This document shows, piece after piece, positions 58,413 through 64,000 of a stretch of 64,000 nucleotides of DNA. The notes under the pieces are model-generated. The model did not search any database and had not been told where the DNA came from. It was given only the letters and a program-made list of their open reading frames with translations. How positions within the stretch are numbered: the first letter of the stretch is position 1; every line of letters starts with the position of its first letter. The translations under genes and the position numbers were made by a program. The stretch is from Longimicrobiales bacterium. GTDB taxonomy: Bacteria > Gemmatimonadota > Gemmatimonadetes > Longimicrobiales > Gaopeijiaceae. The DNA is taken from positions 564,751 to 628,750 of the forward strand of contig JAWLHJ010000002.1 in the NCBI GenBank assembly GCA_041690395.1. The letters run 5' to 3'.

Positions 58413-58829
58413 CTACGGCAGCACCTGCACCTCGAACTCATGGTCCCGAGTCACTCCGTCCTCTCCCTCGCCGCGCACCACGACCGTACCCGTCCCCGCC
58501 GAGTAGAACGTGATCGGAGCTTCCACGACGACGCTCCCCCCCGCATGGCACACCGAGTTGACGCCCCGCTGCACGTGCCAGACGGTGATCAGCCGAGTCC
58601 TGACACCCAACTCGTCGATGGTGGGCGCATCTACTGCGTGACACGAGTCGATCAACAGACCCACTTCCACCACTTCCGCCTGCCCGACCACGAAGCTCTC
58701 GGGCAAGACCACCTGAGGCTCCGGGGCAACGGCCAGCGGAGCGATCGTTGGCGGCGCAACGGGTGAGCCGTCAGAGCACGCCGTGAGCAGAAGAGCCACC
58801 AGGGCGGCACCTGCGAGTCCGCGCTGCAT
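58413..58829 (-). CDS. hypothetical lipoprotein
   Basis: GGAGG RBS, lipobox LTAC, Cys pair, beta-rich. Confidence 0.65.
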   Translation of the reverse strand: MQRGLAGAALVALLLTACSDGSPVAPPTIAPLAVAPEPQVVLPESFVVGQAEVVEVGLLIDSCHAVDAPTIDELGVRTRLITVWHVQRGVNSVCHAGGSVVVEAPITFYSAGTGTVVVRGEGEDGVTRDHEFEVQVLP

Positions 58830-58985
58830 GCCCCTCCGGTGGTGAGTGCTCCGTAGGGGGCGATCGGAGAGGTCATGCCACACAGCGAGGCGCTCCGTCG
58901 TAGACGTAGACGTTGAAGGACGCATTTGCGACCTGGCTATCCGCCGAGGTCACAATCACATAGAGCACACCGTGACCGCCACGCA

Positions 58986-59023
58986 AGAAAAACGGCCGAC
59001 CCCCTGGGATGGGGCCGGCCGTT
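58986..59023 (-). terminator. intrinsic terminator after DEAD-box helicase gene
   Basis: AACGGCCGGCCCC...GGGGTCGGCCGTTTTTCT on the minus strand. Confidence 0.75.
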
Positions 59024-59072
59024 CGACCTGAGAAGCGAGGTCGCGCGGTGCGCGCCCCCGTCCAGCGAGCTC

Positions 59073-60404
59073 CTACCGCCGCCCGCGACCACCCCCGCCC
59101 CGCCGACGGCCACGCCCGTTCGACGATCCACCACCACCCGAGCGCTGACCGGACGAAGGCTGCCCGCCGCCGCCGTTGTTCTTCTGTTTCGCGGCCGCAC
59201 GCTTACGATCGTCGGCCTTGCGGGCCCGGATCGCCGCGATCCGCTCGCCGCGCGGCACCTCGAGGGGCTCGTCGGCGCTGGCGCCGTAGGCGAAGCCGTC
59301 GAGCTTCACCTTGGGGATCTTCTGGCCCACCTGGCGCTCGATGCGGCCCAGATCGCCCTCTTCGGCGGGACACACGAAGCTGAACGCCGCACCCGTCGCC
59401 GATGCGCGGCCCGTCCGGCCCACCCGGTGGATGTAGTCCTCCGGGACCTCGGGCAGGTCGAAGTTGACCACGTGCCCGAGCTCCTCCACGTCGATGCCGC
59501 GGGCGGCGACGTCGGTGGCGACCAGCACGCGGAAGTCGCCGGCCTTGAAGCCGTCGAGCGCCTTGGTGCGCTGCGCCTGCGACCGGTTCCCGTGGATCCG
59601 CTCGGCGGGGATGCCGTTCCGCTCGAGCACCTTGGTCAGCCGGTTGGCGCGGTGCTTGGTGCGGGTGAAGACGAGGGCGTCGTCGATGACCCGCTGCTGA
59701 AGGAGCGCGACCAGCAGGTCGCTCTTCAGGTCCGCCGGCACCGGGTAGACCGACTGCTGCACGCCCTCGGCCGGCTTGGCCGTGCGCTGCAGCGCGATGG
59801 TCGCCGGCTGCCGCAGGATCTCACGCGTGAGCGCTTCGATCGGCGGTGGCATCGTGGCGCTGAAGAAGAACGTCTGTTTGGGCTTGGGCACATGCTTCAG
59901 CACCCTCCGGATATCCGGCAGGAAACCCATGTCGAGCATGCGGTCCGCCTCGTCCAGGACGAGGAACTCGAGGCCCGAGAGCTTCGCGTACCCGTACTGG
60001 AAGTGGTCGAGCAGACGGCCGGGGGTGGCGGCGATCAGGTCGACGCCGTTGCGGAAGGCGCGCTCCTGGGGCTTCATACCGACGCCGCCGTAGACGGCCG
60101 CGGCGGTGAGCTTCGTGTGCCGTGCCAGGTCCTCGAAGTCGGCGACGATCTGGAGCGCGAGCTCACGGGTCGGCGCCATGACGAGGGCCCGGGTCGTACC
60201 GCGCGGCGCCTCGAGCAGATGGTTCAGGATCGGAAGCAGGAACGCGGCTGTCTTGCCGCTCCCCGTGGCCGCGCAGGCCAGGAGGTCACGCCCGCCGAGG
60301 GCGTGGGGGATCGCTTCGGACTGGATGGGGGTCGGGCTGGTGAAGCCCATGTCCTCGACGCCTCGGAGGAGGGTCGGGTGCAATTCTAGTGCTGAAAAAG
60401 CCAA
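59073..60404 (-). CDS. DEAD-box RNA helicase (RhlE-like)
   Basis: PTPIQ, ATGSGKT, PTRELA, TPGR, DEAD, SAT, ARGID, HRVGRTGR, Gly/Arg tail; TTG start inferred. Confidence 0.94.
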   Translation of the reverse strand: MAFSALELHPTLLRGVEDMGFTSPTPIQSEAIPHALGGRDLLACAATGSGKTAAFLLPILNHLLEAPRGTTRALVMAPTRELALQIVADFEDLARHTKLTAAAVYGGVGMKPQERAFRNGVDLIAATPGRLLDHFQYGYAKLSGLEFLVLDEADRMLDMGFLPDIRRVLKHVPKPKQTFFFSATMPPPIEALTREILRQPATIALQRTAKPAEGVQQSVYPVPADLKSDLLVALLQQRVIDDALVFTRTKHRANRLTKVLERNGIPAERIHGNRSQAQRTKALDGFKAGDFRVLVATDVAARGIDVEELGHVVNFDLPEVPEDYIHRVGRTGRASATGAAFSFVCPAEEGDLGRIERQVGQKIPKVKLDGFAYGASADEPLEVPRGERIAAIRARKADDRKRAAAKQKNNGGGGQPSSGQRSGGGGSSNGRGRRRGGGGRGRR

Positions 60405-60636
60405 GGAAATTCCGGTGGATGAGCGCACGGCGGCCGGCCGGAACATCCGGCACAGGTAAGCTGGCGCGAGATCGGGTGGCGGAGCGCCGCCCGGGTGGGG
60501 GAGAGGCTCCAGAAGGTCGCAGGAAGCGACCCTCTCGGCGCCGGTCGTCGTTCGTTCTGTCGACGCCCCGGACGCAGGTGGGTTTCCCACAAGCTGTAAG
60601 TATAGCGGAAAAGGCCGTGTCCAGTGAGTGTTGGGG

Positions 60637-61113
60637 ATGAGTGAGACCAAGCCGACCCTCTGGATCGACGCCGACGCGGCGCCGGTCGACGTGAAGGACA
60701 TCGTCGCCCGCGCGGCCCTCCGGCTCGAGCTGCCTGCCGTCCTGGTGGCCAACCAGCGCCTCCAGACCCCCGCGAACAACCCGTTCGTCAGCGCCGTGCG
60801 CGTGGCGGGCGGGCCCGACGTGGCCGACGACCACATCGCCGACGAGGCGTCGCCGGGCGACCTGGCCGTCACGGCCGATATCCCGTTGGCCGCGCGTCTG
60901 GTCGAGAAGGGCGTGGTCACGCTCGACCCCCGGGGCGAGGAATACACCCGGGAGAACATCGGCGAGCGGCTCTCCATCCGGGACTTCATGGACGGGCTCC
61001 GCTCCACGGGCGTCGAGACCGGCGGCCCGAACGCCTGGGGCAGGAAGGAGAAGCAGGCGTTCGCGGCGGCGTTCGACCGCGCACTGACACGGTTGCTGCG
61101 GGCCGGGGGCTGA
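60637..61113 (+). CDS. YaiI/YqxD family protein
   Basis: WIDADAAP, DVADDHI, TADIPLA, DPRG. Confidence 0.9.
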   Translation: MSETKPTLWIDADAAPVDVKDIVARAALRLELPAVLVANQRLQTPANNPFVSAVRVAGGPDVADDHIADEASPGDLAVTADIPLAARLVEKGVVTLDPRGEEYTRENIGERLSIRDFMDGLRSTGVETGGPNAWGRKEKQAFAAAFDRALTRLLRAGG

Positions 61114-61332
61114 CGCCCGTCGCGCGGGCCCGGCCCGTGGAGGGAGGAGACGGACACGGGCGTCCGCCCGAGCGGGCCCGCTCCGCCCCCATGTGCAAGC
61201 ACGGGCGGCGCGCTCGTCCAATGGACAGACGCGTTGACAGACGCGCGCCGGACGGAGCACCATGAGCGACCTCGTGGGAGCCTCACGCTCCCGCGGCCAC
61301 GATCCCACAGCAAGCCCCTGAACGAGGCCCCG

Positions 61333-62163
61333 ATGAAGAAGCTCCTCTGGCTCCTGGCCCTCGCGGCCCTCTCGCTCCCGGCGCCGGCGTCCGCCACGTG
61401 GTCCATCATCGCGATGGACCGGAACACGGGTCGTGTCGTGATCTCCTCGGCCACGTGCGCCGCGCAGGGTCCGAACCAGCTCAAGCTGCTCCAGGCGATC
61501 GTCATTCCGGGTATCGGCGTGGCGGCCGCCCAGGCGGGCGTCGACCGGACGCAGGCCAACCACCGGCTCATCTTCGACGAGATGAACCGCAGGACCCACC
61601 CGGAGCAGATCATCCGCATGCTCGAGTCGGACCCCTCCGTCGAGAACCGGCAGTTCGGTATCGTGGACATCCTGGGCCGGAGTGCCGGACGGACGGGCGC
61701 CGAGAACCGCGACGTGGCGCTCCACATGTCGGGCGAGACCGACGACGGGATCATCTGGTCCGTGCAGGGCAACATCATCGCCACGACCGAGGCCCTGACG
61801 GAGGCCGCCGAGATCATGCAGAACAGCGACCTCGATATGATCGAGCGGGTCATGGTCGCCATGGAGAAGGCCGACGAGCTGGGCGGCGATGCACGCTGCA
61901 CCTGCCAGACGGAGCCGCTCCCGGGCGCCCAGTGCACCGGCAAGACCTCGCACGTCGCCTACATCGTCGCGGCCGACCCGGAGGACCCGATGGGCACCTT
62001 CCACGTGAACCATCCCGAAGACCTGAGGGCGCCGTACAACAACGGGGACTACTACCTGCAGATCGCGGTCTGGCCGGCCAACACCGAGCCGCACGAGGAC
62101 GCGAACCCCGTGAGAACGCTCCGCATGCGATACGACGCCTGGAAAGCCAGGCAGGGAAGCTGA
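61333..62163 (+). CDS. DUF1028 Ntn-hydrolase-like exported protein
   Basis: Signal peptide ending ASA then TWSII (N-terminal Thr); RQFGIVD, VQGNI, GGDARC. Confidence 0.85.
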   Translation: MKKLLWLLALAALSLPAPASATWSIIAMDRNTGRVVISSATCAAQGPNQLKLLQAIVIPGIGVAAAQAGVDRTQANHRLIFDEMNRRTHPEQIIRMLESDPSVENRQFGIVDILGRSAGRTGAENRDVALHMSGETDDGIIWSVQGNIIATTEALTEAAEIMQNSDLDMIERVMVAMEKADELGGDARCTCQTEPLPGAQCTGKTSHVAYIVAADPEDPMGTFHVNHPEDLRAPYNNGDYYLQIAVWPANTEPHEDANPVRTLRMRYDAWKARQGS

Positions 62164-62164
62164 T

Positions 62165-62407
62165 ATGAGACCCGTCGGAAGATCATTCGGACGCACCCTC
62201 GCGGTCGCCATTCTGGCGGTGGCGCTCCACGCCTGCGGCGGCTCGGAGGGCGACGCGGTCAGCGCGGCGGACACCCTCACGCGCGCCCAGAAGGACAGCA
62301 TCGCGGCCAGCCTGCCGATTCCCGGAGCGGGAGCGGTGGGCGCGGCGATGCGCGCCCGGGACGCGACCCAGGCCCGTGCGGCGGCACACGACAGCATGGG
62401 CGGCTGA
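62165..62407 (+). CDS. small hypothetical lipoprotein
   Basis: Lipobox LHAC; starts 1 nt after the previous stop. Confidence 0.7.
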   Translation: MRPVGRSFGRTLAVAILAVALHACGGSEGDAVSAADTLTRAQKDSIAASLPIPGAGAVGAAMRARDATQARAAAHDSMGG

Positions 62408-62411
62408 GACC

Positions 62412-63338
62412 ATGCTTCGGCGGATCGCCTGGACCGCGCTGGTCTTCGTCGTCGGCACGATCGGCGCCGTCTACCCACGTCCTGATGCGTTCGGCCCCCT
62501 CCCCTTCTCCTACGACCTCTACACCTTCCGCGGTGAAGGCGGAATGACTACGGTCGTGGCTTCGTTCGCCGTGCCGGTGCGGGAACTCCACCGCGAGTCC
62601 GTCGACGGCGAGGCCCGCTACCGCTTCGACGTGACCTTCATGCTCACCGATACGGTGCTGCACACGGTGAACCGAAGCGACGATTCGGTCTTCGTCGGCT
62701 CGCCGAGCTCACTCGACGGCGACCATCTGCTCCACACGTGGGTCGAGCTCGACGCCGACCCGTCGCGCAGCACGCATCAGCGCGTGATCATGACCGACGC
62801 CTCGACGCCGGGCGTGGGCCAGATGTACCAGTCCCCGTATCCGATTCCGGACTACGGCGGGACCGAGCTCATGTTGAGCGACGTCGCGCTCGGTCTCCCG
62901 GACCGCGCGCACGGGTGGAAGCGCGGTGGCGCGGCGCTGGCCTTGCTGCCGACCAGTCAGTTCCCGGAGAGCGCGTTCGACCTCTACTACGAGATCTACA
63001 ACCTACCCGCCGATCACGAGTACTCGACCGAGATCTCCGTCGCGTCGCTCGACGGACCCGACGACGGACCGGAGCTCCAGACGCCGGTCGTCCGCACGAT
63101 CTTCTCGGGTCGCTCCGGGGCCGGGCCCGACGGGACGGTCTCGGAGCTCCGGCGCGTGACCTCTGCCCTGGAGGCCGGCGCCTACAGGCTCACCGTCACG
63201 GTTCGTGACGACGAGTCCGGGGCGGTCGCCACCACGGTCCGACGCTTCCAGGTCCGGGGATGGCGGGCAGGAACGACGCTCGTGCCGGCGCTGCCACGGC
63301 GCACTCCGACCCGCGTCGACGGGCGGGTCGTTCCGTAG
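62412..63338 (+). CDS. hypothetical exported protein resembling C-terminal domains of GWxTD proteins
   Basis: LMLSDV, YYEIYNL, GAYRLTVTVRD. Confidence 0.65.
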   Translation: MLRRIAWTALVFVVGTIGAVYPRPDAFGPLPFSYDLYTFRGEGGMTTVVASFAVPVRELHRESVDGEARYRFDVTFMLTDTVLHTVNRSDDSVFVGSPSSLDGDHLLHTWVELDADPSRSTHQRVIMTDASTPGVGQMYQSPYPIPDYGGTELMLSDVALGLPDRAHGWKRGGAALALLPTSQFPESAFDLYYEIYNLPADHEYSTEISVASLDGPDDGPELQTPVVRTIFSGRSGAGPDGTVSELRRVTSALEAGAYRLTVTVRDDESGAVATTVRRFQVRGWRAGTTLVPALPRRTPTRVDGRVVP

Positions 63339-63360
63339 GAGGCTCCTCGCCCCCATGCGA

Positions 63361-63396
63361 AGAGGCCGGCGCGGGATCGCTCCCGCGCCGGCCTCT
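63361..63396. terminator. bidirectional terminator hairpin
   Basis: Perfect 16-bp stem AGAGGCCGGCGCGGGA-TCGC-TCCCGCGCCGGCCTCT between convergent genes. Confidence 0.8.
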
Positions 63397-63435
63397 CTTA
63401 CCCGCCGGTCGACCGGCAATCGTTACCGCGGACTG

Positions 63436-63795
63436 CTACTCGTTGCCGACCACATTGCCGTGGCAGTCGATCGTGACGTACTGGCCGTCGGGCGTGAAGG
63501 TGTTGGTCGTCGGGCAGTCCTCTTCAGGCGCCGGCTCCGGCGCGGGGGCCGGCTCGGGCTGGAGTACGGGCTCCGGCTGCTCAGGCTGGGGCGCCAGGTC
63601 GGGGAAGCGACGCTGGAGCGCGGCAGGGGGCGTACGTCCCTCCATCGCCTTGCGAAGCCCTTCCGGAGCCTCGGACGGACGATTCTCCTGGGCGGCGGCC
63701 GCACGGTCGGAGCCGCGCTGCTGCGCGTCGACGTGGGCGGGGGCGAGCATCAACGGGGCGGCGACGAGCGCAGCCATCAGGATCTTCTGAAACAC
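63436..63795 (-). CDS. small secreted Pro/Glu-rich protein
   Basis: Strong AAGGAGGAGG RBS, signal peptide (VDA-Q), PE repeats, C-terminal Cys pair. Confidence 0.75.
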   Translation of the reverse strand: MFQKILMAALVAAPLMLAPAHVDAQQRGSDRAAAAQENRPSEAPEGLRKAMEGRTPPAALQRRFPDLAPQPEQPEPVLQPEPAPAPEPAPEEDCPTTNTFTPDGQYVTIDCHGNVVGNE

Positions 63796-63874
63796 GGTCC
63801 TCCTCCTTGACTTCGGTCATGCCATCGAGCTCTGGCCCGAGGGCAGAGCACGTGCGTTTTCGTACGCCTCGAAT

Positions 63875-63891
63875 CGCAGGATGCGTGCCCC
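63875..63891 (-). promoter_or_regulatory. candidate sigma54 (-24/-12) promoter
   Basis: GGGGCACGCATCCTGCG: GG-N10-GC with a GGCACG core; AT-rich tract upstream. Confidence 0.5.
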
Positions 63892-64000
63892 GGCCGAGCT
63901 CCACCGGCTGACAAGAAATGAGACACACATCACTCAAATCATTGTGAAGCAAGGATATACGACACAGTGCCCCGCTTCGGAGGGGACCACCCCGTCCGGA

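Noticed and set aside
58860..58885. sigma54 promoter TGGCATGACCTCTCC upstream of the lipoprotein gene
   Set aside because: The -12 position reads CC rather than the required GC.
59073..61943. 956-aa helicase fusion in the ORF track
   Set aside because: The N-terminal extension is antisense to yaiI and DUF1028; helicase motifs start near 60404.

Overview
High-GC bacterial chromosomal window with about 50 genes. Gene content (SusC/SusD pair, DUF1592-DUF1552-ankyrin cluster, DUF5916, many secreted lipoproteins) suggests Gemmatimonadota, which is an inference. I recognised no rRNA, tRNA, CRISPR array, transposase or phage gene. Main blocks in order: aminotransferase/MBL/ankyrin/DUF1552/DUF1592 cluster; an operon of two secreted M14 peptidases flanking CitE-lyase, acyl-CoA dehydrogenase and Ich/Meh-type hydratase genes; rsmD; a two-component/c-di-GMP island ending in a TM-GGDEF-REC-HD-GYP protein; susCD; thrA; purEK; a MacB-type ABC exporter; an operon of outer-membrane-like protein, sirtuin, USP and SDR; DUF5916 plus a secreted tandem creatininase-like protein; a class IV aminotransferase; a DEAD-box helicase; yaiI; DUF1028. 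The best unannotated signal lies upstream of the class IV (branched-chain) aminotransferase. It is a complete candidate ribosome-mediated attenuator absent from the ORF track: sigma70 promoter, 42-codon Ile/Leu/Val-rich leader ORF, antiterminator and intrinsic terminator. Product calls come from motif recognition by eye, not database searches. Many starts were trimmed from the ORF track using RBS and stop/start overlaps.
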